In this document: in pieces, positions 21,954-35,338 of the stretch
How positions within the stretch are numbered: the first letter of the stretch is position 1
How the letters are laid out: every line of letters starts with the position of its first letter
Assembly: GCA_964016885.1 (NCBI GenBank)
Contig: OZ024741.1
Location: 296,484,001 to 296,548,000 of the forward strand
Reading direction: 5' to 3'
DNA length: 64,000 nt
Source of the DNA: Eledone cirrhosa
Lineage: Eukaryota
The notes under the pieces: model-generated
What the model was told of the DNA's origin: nothing
What the model saw: the letters and a program-made list of their open reading frames with translations, nothing else
Databases searched by the model: none
Made by a program: the position numbers and the translations under genes

Positions 21954-22780
21954 AGATATCTGTCAGTTTATCGATTAAAAAAGGAATTCGAAAGGGAAAC
22001 GATTGACAACAAAAAAACAAAAAACAGGTAGTTTATTGTCTGCCATTTTATATACCTAAAGCGAAACACTAATTCTGTAGGTTGTGTAAGACAACGTATG
22101 GATAAGTCTAATTCGTTCAAGATAGTATTAATGTAGTTAGGATAGAAACCTTTTCATAAAGGTTTCTCGTTTGTAAATCAATGAAATACGTCTTTACGTG
22201 GTCATCCAATCTGCAAGAAATAGCTCCCCAAATCGTCCTCAAATAAGGCATTAACTGGAAAAGGAAAAGGAAAAACAGACGTCATGTTGCATAATGAATG
22301 TAGCCAAAGATACACTATATCTGTATAAAGACGGGATGGTCTGGTCATGGCTAAAATGCACTTGATCATTGATAGATCTGCTGGATTGGGGCTAACCTAG
22401 TGTTAAGATATAAATCAATAACTTTTAATCGTTGGATAAGAGAAACAGAGATGCAAATGCGTTTTTAAAGAACTAATAGTACTTTAGAGTTCATCATAGG
22501 GCTGGGATTTGGGAAGTAGTGTGAGGAAGGGGGTATAGATAGACGTTTCCACACGACCCCTGGAAGTTGAACAGTAGAGAAACTCCGTGTAACACACCCC
22601 TCCATTTCCATGACGACGTGAAATCACCCACCATGGTAGGGGGGGGGGGGGTCAGAGGAGACAGTTTTCAATGAAAACAAATAAGCCTCCTTATGTCCCT
22701 ACACCCTTCATTTCAAGTATTCAGAGGAAAAGTGAGATGGCATGGGTTAGTATTGCGCATCTCTGATTATATATATAATC

Positions 22781-22950
22781 AGTGTCTATATTGTATCTGT
22801 GTTTTTGACCGTTGGTCAGTCAATGGCAACATTGAGGACCGAATAAATTAAATTACCGATATAAAAGACACAGGAGCGAAAACCAACCAAACAGTGTGTT
22901 GTTATTAATTCTGGCAATATTACACAAATATGACCCTCCCCAAGTATAAC
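22781..22950 (+). mobile_element. Penelope pLTR 3' fragment (family of 35000-36385) ending at (TA)n
   Basis: Reverse complement of 34985-35170; ends GACCCTCCCCAAGTATAAC then TA repeats. Confidence 0.75.
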
Positions 22951-23070
22951 TATATATATATATATATATACGAGTCTGTGGTGTGGGGACCGGTAAGACA
23001 ACAAATTACAGTAGTACTCGATAAATGGTGCGATGCAGAGTGGGTATATTAATGAGGTAGATTCGATTGC

Positions 23071-23124
<54 letters not shown>

Positions 23125-23197
23125 TTACTTCAGTGTAATTACTTATTACGAAAAAATGAGCTCTCAATATGTAAACAGAAATAATGTGCAACTAATA

Positions 23198-23242
<45 letters not shown>

Positions 23243-23342
23243 GGTGTGGTGTGCTCATGCTTATAAAACAGGGTGAAGACCCTTAAAGACGGAAAAAGAA
23301 GTTGCTATGAGAAATCGAACCCCGTATCTTCCAGATACCGGC

Positions 23343-23374
<32 letters not shown>

Positions 23375-23388
23375 TTGAAGAAACATAC

Positions 23389-23539
23389 CTTTAGTGGAGA
23401 GACCCTTGAGGGTGAGGTATTTGGCCTGGGTATCCTGATACAAACCACACCAATCAGTAGTGTCCTCACCACTAACATGAGTCTGTTGTACTATGGTGAT
23501 AACGTCTGCTCCGTGCATTGTTGATGTTGTTGAGGCCAT
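23389..23539 (-). CDS. Candidate exon 1 of a 107-aa SKICH-like protein
   Basis: ATG at 23539 with in-frame stops upstream; MASTTSTMHGADVITIVQQTHVSGEDTTDWCGLYQDTQAKYLTLKGLSTK; donor AAG|GTATGT, phase 1. Confidence 0.5.
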
Positions 23540-23989
23540 GACAGATCTGGTAGTAATATCGGAGGTGGTGACTGTTAGTGGCGGTAGCGAGTATAGTAGT
23601 GTAAGTGATAGTAGTGTTTGTGACGGGGGGGTATGCTGCTACTACGATTGTGGTACTGTTACTGGTGGTGGTCGTATACCTCTATTACTACTACTACCAC
23701 TACTACTACGTGACTAGTGTTGACGGTGACGGTGGAGATTGTAATGTTAGTAGTGGCAGTGATTGTGGTGGTGTTACTGGTGGATATAGCGGTAATAGTA
23801 GTAGTAGAGGTGGTCGTCGTCGTTATAGAGAATTAGTGGATATAATAATAATAATAGTAGTAGTGGTGGTGGTGACGGTGGCGATTGTGATGGTGATAGA
23901 GGTCTTAGTTGTGATGATGGGGGTGATGGTGGACTGTCAATGTATTGTATTTTGTATGTACGGGATTTTTTCTTTCTATCCACACACTC

Positions 23990-24033
<44 letters not shown>

Positions 24034-24799
24034 GGGAGGGGGATATATGCCTGTGTTTATACTCCTCTCTTTCCCACCCCACCCATGCACCCAGCCAGGT
24101 ACACTCACACACACACACACATACTCACAAAACCCATAGAAACACCCGGAGCCACGTACACACAGCCATCCTATCAATAAATTGGCTATCCACCTGATTC
24201 TTGGTTCTGTGATAAGGCGTTTGTGTTATGGTGGCGGTGGTAGTGATCAAACATAATATTTCATATAACACATGTATTTACATACGACATATATATATAT
24301 ACACATTCACGTACGCACGTATATTACATATATACACTTATACATTTATATATATATATTTACACATTTATATATATATACTTACACATTTATATATATA
24401 TATATATATATCATTATAGGAAAGTGAATGAAATATATATATATATATATTCACTTACAAATTTACATACACACTTGCTTACGCATTTATATACACATAA
24501 ACATTCATTTACATACACACATCACATAAATATAACTGCTTACACATTTATATACATACATACACTTATATACACACACTCGCTTACACATTTATATACA
24601 TATACAACCATTCATTTACACACCCACATACACACTCGTTAATACGCACATCCATTATATGGATGTATTAAAGTTTTTCAACTCGTTACATAATTGTTTC
24701 CACTTTAAATAACAGCCAGTTATGAAGGTCCAAAAGAATTCAATCGTACAAACAAGCGGCTGAAATGAGGTTCCCCCGAAGGGTCTTTGAAGTAACGTT

Positions 24800-25135
24800 A
24801 CTAGATAGAGTGCATAGCTCGGACATCAGAGAGTCACTCCAGGTAGAGCCCTCACTTCTCCGAATTGAGAAATCACAGCTCCGATACTAGGGGCATGTGG
24901 TTAGAATGTCTCAGAAAAGAATAGCTGGACAGATTTTATGGACAAAACCAGCAGGGAGGAGACCCAGGGGTAGTTCACAAGCAAGATGATTGGATAACAT
25001 CCATGAGCTTGGCTGGTCATGCTTGAGGATTCAGCCAGATTAGTTGGAGACAGTTGCTTCTGACAGGAGCCTCTGGAAGGAGTGTTTGAGGACTCTTCCC
25101 CCGTGACCCTCTCAAGAATAAGTGGGCGAAGAAGA
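24800..25135 (+). mobile_element. Old RTE-like 3' end remnant; second copy at about 31540-31770
   Basis: Shared GGCATGTGGTTAGAATGTCTCAG...GATTCAGCCAGAT...GACCCTCTC; degenerate GHVVRM...RPRG frame. Confidence 0.65.
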
Positions 25136-25689
25136 ACTCATTAGATATGTGAAACCAGTGGTGATAGTACACTTCACTTGTGGGGTAGGGGACCTCTCAA
25201 GTTTCTCACAGGAGTGTCTACCCTTCAGGTCACTGACCTTAGCATATCTCTGGTTAGAACTGGTGCTTGTCAATTGGGTGCCCTAGGCTAGACCTACAAT
25301 GTGGGCCCTTTCTTCTAGTTATGTGTCCACTTTATCCCAAATAAAATGATTTCAACTTACAGTTTGACAAGCTGACAAATCTAGTTTTTGACACTTCTTG
25401 CTCTGACCACACTAAGAAAATTACTAAGCTTGCATTTCTACTATACAGTCCACACACACCCATGTCAAATCATGTGGCAGGTCTTAACACCATACAACTG
25501 TCTCCCCCACTTTGGATATTTCTACAACACTGTACACATCAAAGATGTTTAGTGATTTATTTACTGACCACAGGAAATTATTATATTTAATTTAATTATA
25601 CAAATTTATATAAAATTGTAATACTTTAAAGTTCAGTAATATGTCTCTCTAAGGTTTGCACTTTAGGCAGCTGCCTAGTTGGCTTTAAT

Positions 25690-26175
25690 CCTTTTGTTAC
25701 CAATCCGGCACCAAAACTGGATCTGGTTCCATGAAATAAAGTCATTCATTTAAAGGTTTCCAATTTATATTAAAAACTTCCAACATAATTTTATATAAGA
25801 ACCTTACATTAAGTTACTATCTTAGTAATGAAATAATTAATAATTTTAGTAAATCCCTCAAAGTTCTTCATTAATTATTTGAAACAGAGTATATTTCATT
25901 AGAAATGCAGTCATGAAAGGGTTAATGATATCACCTTTAGATACCAAACCACTTGAAACTGCTCCTGGTTCACTCATACAAAGCTGTTTATTTTAAAGTA
26001 TTTATATTCATCTCAAAGCCTTATATCATAAGTTTATATAAGAACCTTTGTTAAGTTATGTTCCAAAAACCAGCTTAATTACATGAAAGCTATATTACTA
26101 AATCCCTCCAAATTCTTGATTATTTTCAAAGTTATTTGAAAATCATAGACAGTCTTTCATTAGAAATATGTAACA
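25690..26175 (+). mobile_element. Two tandem degenerate non-autonomous DNA-transposon-like repeats; related copy at about 58100-58630
   Basis: Shared CATAATTTTATATAAGAACCTTTGTTAAGTTA core; TTAACCCTTT / AAAGGGTTAA-like ends. Confidence 0.5.
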
Positions 26176-26632
26176 AAAGTATGTATTTGAACTCTTTCCT
26201 TATTCAGCTGGGTGTAAAACAGTTGCTTGGACCACTGATGGTCAAGTATTCATATGACAAGGGCACCCCATCAAAGCTAATGCTGCATAATCACAGTAGT
26301 GGGCCTACTTTTGGGAGTCCCTAAACCTTGAACTGTTATGGGGACCTTCTTACAACCAGAAGCAATAGGGTGAACATTTCTGCATCCAGGATTAAGGGTT
26401 TTAGAGCTTTAGCTTCGTAGTATGTGCACCACAATGTAATCATGCTTTCAATTCAAGAGGAATTGGCTTACACTGTCATTCCTCTGTCTGTGCCTGATTT
26501 CCCTCAGACATCTCAGGAGATATATTTCAAGATTGTAGAGATGTTGCCTATAACATACCCACATTTCTGTGTTGGAATTCCTCACCAATATTTGCATTCT
26601 GTAATATTGTTATCTGCTCATTATTTCTGTAG

Positions 26633-26820
26633 GGCGGTGGATTGGCAGTATCGGTAGAGGGTCGGACGCCATGCTTTCCAGCATAGTTACGTCCCTTTAC
26701 GATCTGAGTTCAAATCCCGCCGAGGTTGACTTTGCCTTTCATCCTTACGGGGTCGATAAAATAAAGTACCAGTAATGCACTGGATAATTGCTGGCCTTGT
26801 GCCTAAAGTAGAAACAATTA
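26633..26820 (+). mobile_element. Full-length Meta-type tRNA SINE
   Basis: GGCGGTGGATTGGCAGTATCGG head, GAGTTCAAATCCC B-box, central domain, tail GGCCTTGTGCCTAAAGTAGAAACAATTA. Confidence 0.88.
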
Positions 26821-27103
26821 TTTCTGTAGCAATATAGATCCTAAATTTTTCAAGGTCTTCCTTTTCCATAGTTTCCATCAATTTTCAGTGTCCTACATTT
26901 CTTTATGCAGCTGTCATCCTCCATATGCATCAAATGTCCACAGCATCAAAGGTATCCAATCTGCACACTGCATCTGACCCTTCTTAGACCCAGTTTCTCT
27001 CAGTTCATTGATGCTACATCATTCATATACACTAGTATTACACATCCAGTGGAGCATGCATGCCTCATTTCTTTCCAACCTTTGTAGATACTCTGCACAT
27101 TAT

Positions 27104-27395
27104 ATATTGTTATACTTGGGGAAGGCCATATTGTTATAATATTGCCAGAAATAATAACAGAACACACTCACTGTTTGGTTTGGGATGGTTTTCGCTCCTG
27201 TATCTTTTATATCTCCATAGTTAATTTATTTGGCAATCAATGTTTATAATTGATTGACCAACGGTTAAAAATACAGATATAAAAATATATATATAGTCTA
27301 TCAAAGTTCTTTCGTCACACATCTGCAACATCATCAGTGGTACTATTATGTTTCCTTAGATTGTGTTATAAAGTCTACACCATTTTTATTTTATA
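27104..27395 (-). mobile_element. Penelope pLTR copy with degenerate hammerhead
   Basis: Diverged copy of 34985-35280; minus strand reads CTGATGA-TGTTGCAGATGTGTGAC-GAAA at about 27310-27337. Confidence 0.7.
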
Positions 27396-27399
27396 TATA

Positions 27400-28250
27400 T
27401 CATCATCATCATCATCATTTTACGTCCGCTTTTCCCTGCTTGCAAGGGTTGGACGGGTCCTATTCAGCACAACATCTCTCCACTTGTCACGGTCCTTCGT
27501 CATCTCCTCAGTGAGTTTCAGCGATCTGAGGTCTGCTCTCACCACCTCCGCCCATGTTTTTCGTGGTCTACCTCTACTGCGTCTTCCTTCTACTGGGATT
27601 TCTTGGCACTTCTTTACCCAGCGGTCATCTTCCATGTGCATCACATGTCCATACCATCTCAGTCTTCTCTCCTGCACACCACAACTTATCCCTCTTATAC
27701 CCAGTTTCTTTCTCAACTCGTCTATGCTTGGTCGTTCACGCACATTGACATTGCACATCCAATGGAGCATACTTGCTTCATTTCTCTCCAGCCATCGCAT
27801 ATCTTCTGCAGTTGCTGCCCATGTCTGACTACCATGCAGCATTGCACATCTCACACAGGTATCATATAACCGTCCTTTCGTATGCAGGGAGAAACTCTTC
27901 TTTGTTAACAGAGGAAGCAACTCCTTAAACTTCTTCCAACCTGTCCTTATTCTAGATACTATGCCCTCGGAACACCTCCCAAGCTATCAACAACTTCTAT
28001 AGAACCCAGCTGCATTTGAAAAATGTGTCTATCACTGCGATTACTACTGCCAACTTTCCCTGTACATCTACTGCATACATAGTTTTCCCTACCTGTTAGT
28101 TTGCTTGCTATCCCACTACATCTCGTGTGTACCCAAGATCTGCATTGCGTACATTTTATAGAATTTATGCCAGTTCCTTTTCTACATATCAAACATGGCC
28201 ATTTCCCTGATGGAATCAGAGTTTTGTCCTCTTTTCTAAACACTTTTGTC
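27400..28250 (-). mobile_element. RTE LINE subfamily C 3' fragment with (GAT)n tail
   Basis: ORFs 27420-27920 and 27959-28243 match the C-terminus of the 38102-39562 ORF. Confidence 0.92.
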
Positions 28251-28313
28251 TTATATATATATATCAGTGAAAAAAGGTGTGGGCATTAGAAAACATTCTA
28301 TACAGATCACAGG

Positions 28314-28502
28314 GGCGGTGGATTGGCAGCATCAGTAGAGGGTCGGACGCCATGCTCTGACGCATAGAGTTACGGCCCTTGCCATTCTGAGTTCAAATCC
28401 CGCCGAGGTTAACTTTGCCTTTCATCCTTATGGGGTCGATAAAATAAAGTACCAATAATACACTGGGTAATTGCTGGCCTTGTGCCAAAAGTAGAAACAA
28501 TT
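28314..28502 (+). mobile_element. Meta-type tRNA SINE
   Basis: Near-colinear with 26633-26820. Confidence 0.87.
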
Positions 28503-28524
28503 ATATACATATATATATATATAT

Positions 28525-28851
28525 ATCATCATCATTTTACGTCCGCTTTTCCCTGCTTGCAAGGGTGGGACGGGAACTGATTCTGGCCTGATTTCTACAG
28601 CTGGATGCCCTTCCTAACACCAACCTCATTTTACAGTGTGTACTGGGTGCCTTTTTTCCATGGCGCCTACACGACCACCTTACAGTGTGGGCTGGGTGCT
28701 TTTTTGCTGTGGCACCTCCACGACCACTTTGCAGTGCGATGATAGGGACCCCAGCCCCTATCATCTCATTTCTATAGGTGAGTAAACTGAAGCAATGTGA
28801 AATAAAGTGTCTTGCTCAGGAAACAACACATCACCCGGTCTGAGAATTGAA
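28525..28851 (-). mobile_element. CORE-type SINE with RTE-derived body and tail
   Basis: CORE-like CCTGAGCAAGACACTTTATTTCACATTGCTTCAGT; middle matches RTE 3' UTR at 55298-55451; tail matches RTE-C end and (GAT)n. Confidence 0.8.
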
Positions 28852-28937
28852 TGGGTGAGGTGTTGTTTCCTTGAGCAAGACACCTTATATATATATAAAT
28901 ATATATATATATACACACATAAATATATATATATATA

Positions 28938-29097
28938 TGGTGGCTGCCAACTCGTTTTCAAGTACGGCCACTACTTTATATCCATGTAGGAGAACCCCTA
29001 CCGAGGCACTGAACGAGTGTGACTTTTTAGTCCAGCCAGCGACTTGAAAACTCTGGTACAAACACTATACTTGTGACAATTATTGACACATAGTGCA
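28938..29097 (+). repeat. Unclassified TA-adjacent repeat; longer copy 33299-33700, inverted piece 47227-47317
   Basis: TGGTGGCTGCCAACTCGTTTTC...GACACATAGTGCA; three copies share the same terminus next to (TA)n. Confidence 0.85.
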
Positions 29098-29633
29098 TAT
29101 ATATATATATATACACACACACATATATAAATATGCCAGCATGGAAAGAAGGACACCCTTGTCCCCCAATGTATATCTAGACATCACTCTAAAACCACCT
29201 GTCCCTCATCTCCTTCCTTGGAAAAGAAACATGTAGATACCCCCATCCGACGCTCTGCTGCCATGCCTTTTTAGTCATGCCAATGACACCACTCACTCTC
29301 TTTAAGGCCATTGCTATTTTCCATGCATGTGATCGATCAATTGATAGATGGATGGACAGGTGGATAGATAAATAGGTAAATAGATAGACAATTAAGTAGA
29401 TAGATAGATGTCATTTTTATTATCCAAAGATAGATAGTTATAGACAGCAGTTGCTCTGACTACTGACTGTCTTGTCAACACTGTGGGAGAGAGAAAGAGA
29501 AAGATATCAAATTATCATTTCCCAAACACAAAGTGGTTGTTACTTGACGCTTACATTTTATTATATATATAAGTCAGCATAGAAGAGCGAATATAAAAAC
29601 AATGATAATACATAGGTATGTGAATATCATACA

Positions 29634-29823
29634 TTATGTTGATTTTTCTTGTTGATTATCTTGAAGATGTTGTTGTTGATCTGTCTGGAGTAGAGCCTGT
29701 AAGGACCTCCAAAGTGCTTTGACATTATTGGCACCAAACCCTGTTGCTCCCATTCTTTGAATAACTTCAAAGAAAAATGTATTCACATTAAAGATTGGTT
29801 TGGTAAATTTCTGCAGCAGATAT
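29634..29823 (-). CDS. HPDL: 4-hydroxyphenylpyruvate dioxygenase-like protein, terminal exon
   Basis: [42 protein letters not shown]: metal-ligand Glu and an HPDL-type GFG..N..ALW.S end; acceptor TTTTCAAG|A, phase 2. Confidence 0.9.
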
Positions 29824-29859
29824 CTTGAAAATAGAGACAAAATAAATAAATAAATAAAA

Positions 29860-29985
29860 GGTGCAGGCATAGCTGTGTAGTTAAAGAACTTACTCCACAA
29901 CCATGTGGTTTGGGGTTCAGACCCAGTGTAGAACCTTGGGCAAATTTTTGATACTATAGCCTCCCCTGGTTGATCAATGCCTAGT
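29860..29985 (+). mobile_element. Degenerate CORE-type SINE; others at about 30940-31190(-), 31270-31510(-), 33805-33925(+), 59975-60250(+)
   Basis: tRNA-like A/B boxes followed by CCTTGGGCAA / CCTTGAGCAAGACAC. Confidence 0.6.
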
Positions 29986-30544
29986 GTTTTAATTTAATAT
30001 CCTATCTCCATTAAAGCGATTATTTCTTCGTTAGAGGTCGTTAATTAAATATAGTCAAATTTCCAGCTTGTCGCTAAGAATGCTTGACAACATCACTCTC
30101 CATTGATCTGGAGAAATTTTAGAGATGCTTGAACAAAGATATCTGGATATATGCTATGTACAAGAAAAAAAATGGAGTGATACCTAAGCTAGACTCCTCA
30201 AAAGAAGGTACAATGATGGTATAGGAGATATAGGTATACTATTAACTAAAAAATGGATAGATAAGGTAATCGTGGTGGTCTGAATTTGTGTTAGGATAAT
30301 TAAGCTTTGAATAGTCTTAGTGGGTTACGATAATTAAACTGATTTTTTTTTCTGTATATGCAGCACAAGCTCAAATTACAAATGAACAAGGGCCACTAAA
30401 ACAATTGTTCTACAAGTTGACACCTCTCACTTGCAGTGTCTTCTCAAGATTTTGAGACAAGAAACTGAAATTCTGTATTTAAAACCAAAAATATAAAGGG
30501 ATATAACAACCGAGTCCAGAGACTTTTAGTTTGGTACTCTGTCT

Positions 30545-30905
30545 ACTGTTTGGTACTTTATCTTATTTCATATTCTACACTGTTTAGTACTTCATATTGT
30601 TTCATATTCTACACTGTTTAGTACCTATATTGTTTCATATTCTACACTGTTTAGTACTCTATATTGTTTCATATTCTACACTGTTTAGTACTCTATATTG
30701 TTTCATATTCTACACTGTCTAGTACTCTATATTGTTTCATATTCTACAATGTTTAGTACTTTATATTGTTTCATATTCTACACTGTTTAGTACTCTATAT
30801 TGTTTCATATTCTACACTGTTTAGTACTTTATATTGTTTCATATTCTACACTGTTTAGTACTTTATATTGTTTCATATTCAACAATGTTTAGTACTCTAT
30901 ACTGT
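30545..30905. repeat. 34-bp minisatellite, about 10 copies
   Basis: Unit ATATTGTTTCATATTCTACACTGTTTAGTACTCT, no spacers. Confidence 0.95.
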
Positions 30906-31840
30906 ATCTATAATCTACATATAGTCTGGTACTGTCAGGCTGGTGCTTATCCTGGTTTCATTGGCATTAAGTGACTGAAAGTACAAAGCCCACTGCCTCT
31001 CCTGGACAAGATACTAGTCAATTGCAGGGTTAAACCTCCAGCTACTGCTGGTACTCATTTTCAGTTGAGTTAACTGAAGCAATATGAAATTAAATGTTTT
31101 GCTCATGAATACATCACACAACCCAGTCCAGGAATTGAACCCACAACTTTATGATCGTAAGTTCAACACCTTTACCACTAAGCCACACACTTCTACATAA
31201 TATATAGTTTAGCACTCTACATTTTATATATGTTAAGTTCCTTAAAGTCAGTTACAAGTTGAAGGCTCCTCATGCTGGTGCCTATCTCTTGTTTCCTTGG
31301 CATTAAGCAATAGAGAGTACAAGACTTTCCCTGGACAAGACGCCAGTTTATCACAGGTTTAACTCCCCAGCTACTGCTGGTACTCATTCTCAACTAAGTC
31401 TACTGGAGCAAAGTGAAATTAAGTCTTTTGCTCAAGTACACAACACAGGAATTGAACTGATGACATTACGATCGTATGTCAAGCATCCTAACCATTCGGC
31501 CATGTGCTTTCGCAAAATTTTATATATGTAGTCTGATCAGGCATGTGGTTAGAATGTCTCAGGAAAGAATTGCTGGACAGATTTTATGGGCAAAAACCAA
31601 CAAGCAAGAGACCCTGAGCAAGATGGTTGGATAACATCAATGAGCTTGGCTGGCCATGCTTGGGGATTCAGCCAGATCAGTTGGAGACAGTTGCTTCTGA
31701 CAGGACCCACTGGAAAGAGAGTTTGAGGGCTCTGTCCCTACGACCCTCTCAGGAGTAAGTGGGAGAAGAAGGATAAGGAGAAGTAGTCTGTTATTTTATG
31801 ATGAAAGACATTACTACCATGACCATCCCATAGTACTTAC

Positions 31841-31974
31841 TTTGCCTTGTTAACATCATCACTTCTTTGATCAGAATGATCAGAACGATCATACTCCACA
31901 TCAACCAAGATACCGAGTTCTTCCAAGTTTGTAACTGATCCCTTCATGTTTAAATCTTTCATCATTCCATTGAT
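31841..31974 (-). CDS. HPDL: HPDL internal exon (134 bp)
   Basis: TTACAG|ATC ... GCAAA|GTAAGT; INGMMKDLNMKGSVTNLEELGILVDVEYD...; phases 0 and 2 fit both neighbours. Confidence 0.88.
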
Positions 31975-32228
31975 CTGTAACAGAAAATATTGGTGCTGGG
32001 AGTAGTAGTAGTAGTAGTAGTAGGGCTGGTGATGTTGGTGGTGGTGATGGTGTGTTGTTGGTAGTAGTAGTAGTAGTAGTGATGGTGGTGATGGTAGTGG
32101 TGGTATTGTTGTTGGTAGTAGTAGTAGAGCTAGTGATGTTGTTGTTGCTGGTGGTGGTAAAAGTTGATAGTAGTGGTGATGGTTAATCCATCAGACTCTA
32201 GCTAACCATTTTCAAAAAGAGAACTCAC

Positions 32229-32380
32229 CTCTTGATAATATGTATGCGGAGGGTCCACAAATTGTAAACCCCGTTGTTTCAACAGCTTGACCGTGTTGAT
32301 AATGTTCTCTGTATGAAAGGCAACATGTTGAATCCCAGGTCCTTTATGATCCTTCAGAAATGTGTCTACCTGGTTTGGTT
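32229..32380 (-). CDS. HPDL: HPDL internal exon (152 bp)
   Basis: TTTCAG|AA ... GAG|GTGAGT; PNQVDTFLKDHKGPGIQHVAFHT...PPHTYYQE with metal-ligand His. Confidence 0.92.
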
Positions 32381-32652
32381 CTGAAATGGTATACAGAAAT
32401 ACAAATGACAAGGAACTTCTTTTGTGGACGATGGAGAAAGATCCATGGGCCTTGAGTTGCAGAAGATTTGTACTTTATAAAAAAGAAGGGAGGCATGCAT
32501 ACTTTGCTGGATATGTAATATTAGTTTGTGTGAAGGAAAAACTCAAATAAAGAAAGAGAAAAGGTGATAATAAGAGTAGTGAATGTAATGTGTGTGAGAG
32601 ACAATATCATCATCATCACCATTATTTAACATCTGCTTTGCCTGCTAATAAG

Positions 32653-32720
<68 letters not shown>

Positions 32721-32733
32721 TATATACATATAC

Positions 32734-32808
<75 letters not shown>

Positions 32809-32856
32809 TATACATATATATATATATACATATATATACATATATATATATATATA

Positions 32857-33299
<443 letters not shown>

Positions 33300-33713
33300 G
33301 GTGGCTGCCAACTCGTTTTCGAGTATGGCCACTACTTTATATCCATGTAGGAGAACCCCTACCGATGCGCTGAACGAATGTGACTTTTTAGTCCAGCCAG
33401 CGACTTGAAAACTCTGGTACAAAGACTACACTTGTGACCATTATTGACACATAGTGCAGGGCCCATGGTACCATGTGATGACAAGTGCAGAGAGATCTCC
33501 AGATATAAAGCAATGCCTGTGCCGTGAAGCTTTTATAGTGAGCAAAGGCACTGCACAAAGCCAGTCCCACTCTCTTAACCAAGATGATATTTACCAAAAA
33601 GAAGAACAAGTCAACATCATTGGATACCATCAGGGTTGCAGGTGTTATATCAGAGTTTTCCTTCTCCTAGAATTCTGCCTTGACAAAGGCTAAGGGGTCA
33701 TCTCTCCCGGTGA

Positions 33714-33756
<43 letters not shown>

Positions 33757-34270
33757 TATATACATATATATATATATACATATATATATATACATATATA
33801 TATATGGTGAATGTGTGTGGCTGAGTGGTTAGAGAATTGGATTCGCAATCATAAGGTTGTGAGTTTGATTCTCGGACCAGGCGATGCGTTATGTCCTTGA
33901 GCAAGACACTTTATTTCACGTTGCTCCTTCTACCTGGAGTTGCGACCGATAGATAGTATTAGCAATTGGAAAGACCAACGGAAACATTGTTCCCTCGGTC
34001 CGATTTGACGAAAGTCGATCGTTCCTTAAATATATATATATATATATATACATATATATACATATATATTTATACATATATATATATACATATATATATA
34101 TAGATATATATATATATACATATATAGATATATACATATATATATACATATATATATATACATATATATATATACATATATATATATACATATATATATA
34201 TACATATATATATATACATATAAATATATACATATAAATATATACATATAAATATATACATATATATATA

Positions 34271-34787
34271 TCATCATCATCATCATCATCAACATTTAAC
34301 GTCCGTGTTCCACGCTTGCATGGGTTTGGACGGGGGTAGTCACACTTGAGGCAAGAGTGGTTGTCTTGCTCGCATAGGACTGTCTGGCAGGTTTTCTACA
34401 GTTGGATGCCCTTCCTAACACCAACCACATTTACAGTGTGGGTCTGGGAGGTTTTTACTGTGTTGCCTACACGGCCACATTACAGCGTGGACTGTGTGTT
34501 TTTTTGTCGTGACACCTACACGATCTCATTTGTTTCGGCCTGGATGGTGTGGCACCAACATAACTTTACATAGAAGGGGGCGGTGTGGATGGGGTAGGGG
34601 TTGTGGGACGGGGGTGTATTTGTTAGAGATGCCTACTGACTGTAGTAGGTTTTACTATGTATTTAGGTAAGGCGGGTCTTCTCTATTACTGAGTACCGCC
34701 AAAGGTTTCGGTCCAATGACATTGTCTTGGAGAGGTGTAAGTGTGTGAGGTCGGAGTTTATCAGCTCGTCCCAGGTTTTTCTAGGTC
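34271..34787 (-). mobile_element. RTE-A 3' end and UTR
   Basis: Reverse complement of about 18310-18830. Confidence 0.92.
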
Positions 34788-34831
34788 TATATACATTTAT
34801 ATATATATACATATATATATATATATACATC

Positions 34832-34866
<35 letters not shown>

Positions 34867-34982
34867 TTCTTTTCTTTAGATATATATATATATATGTATA
34901 TATATATATGTATATATATATATATGACGGCAATGAATTAGTTTTGCAAGGTTTTTTATATGAAATCGTGTGTCGAAACAAA

Positions 34983-35293
34983 TATTGTTATACTTGGGGA
35001 GGGTCATATTTGTGTAATATTGCCAGAATTAATAACAGAACACATTCACTGTTTGGTTGGTTTTCGCTTTTCGCTTCTGTGTCTTTTATATCGGTAATCT
35101 AATTTATTCGGTCCTCAATGTTGCCATTGAATGACCAACGGTTAAAAATAATACAGATACAATATAGACACAAACACATATATATTGTTTATCAAAGTTC
35201 TTTCGTTGCATATCTGCAACATCGTCAGTGGTGCTATTGTTTCCTCCCGTTACATTGTATGTCTACGCCATTTTTATTTAGTCTGTTTATATG

Positions 35294-35338
<45 letters not shown>

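Noticed and set aside
23605-24180. Hydrophobic 191-aa ORF
   Set aside because: Derived from GTG/GTA/ATA simple repeats.
26633-26720. tRNA genes at A/B-box motifs
   Set aside because: No cloverleaf; they continue into SINE bodies.
30545-30905. 34-bp array as CRISPR
   Set aside because: Head-to-tail units with no unique spacers, no cas genes, and an intronic eukaryotic context.
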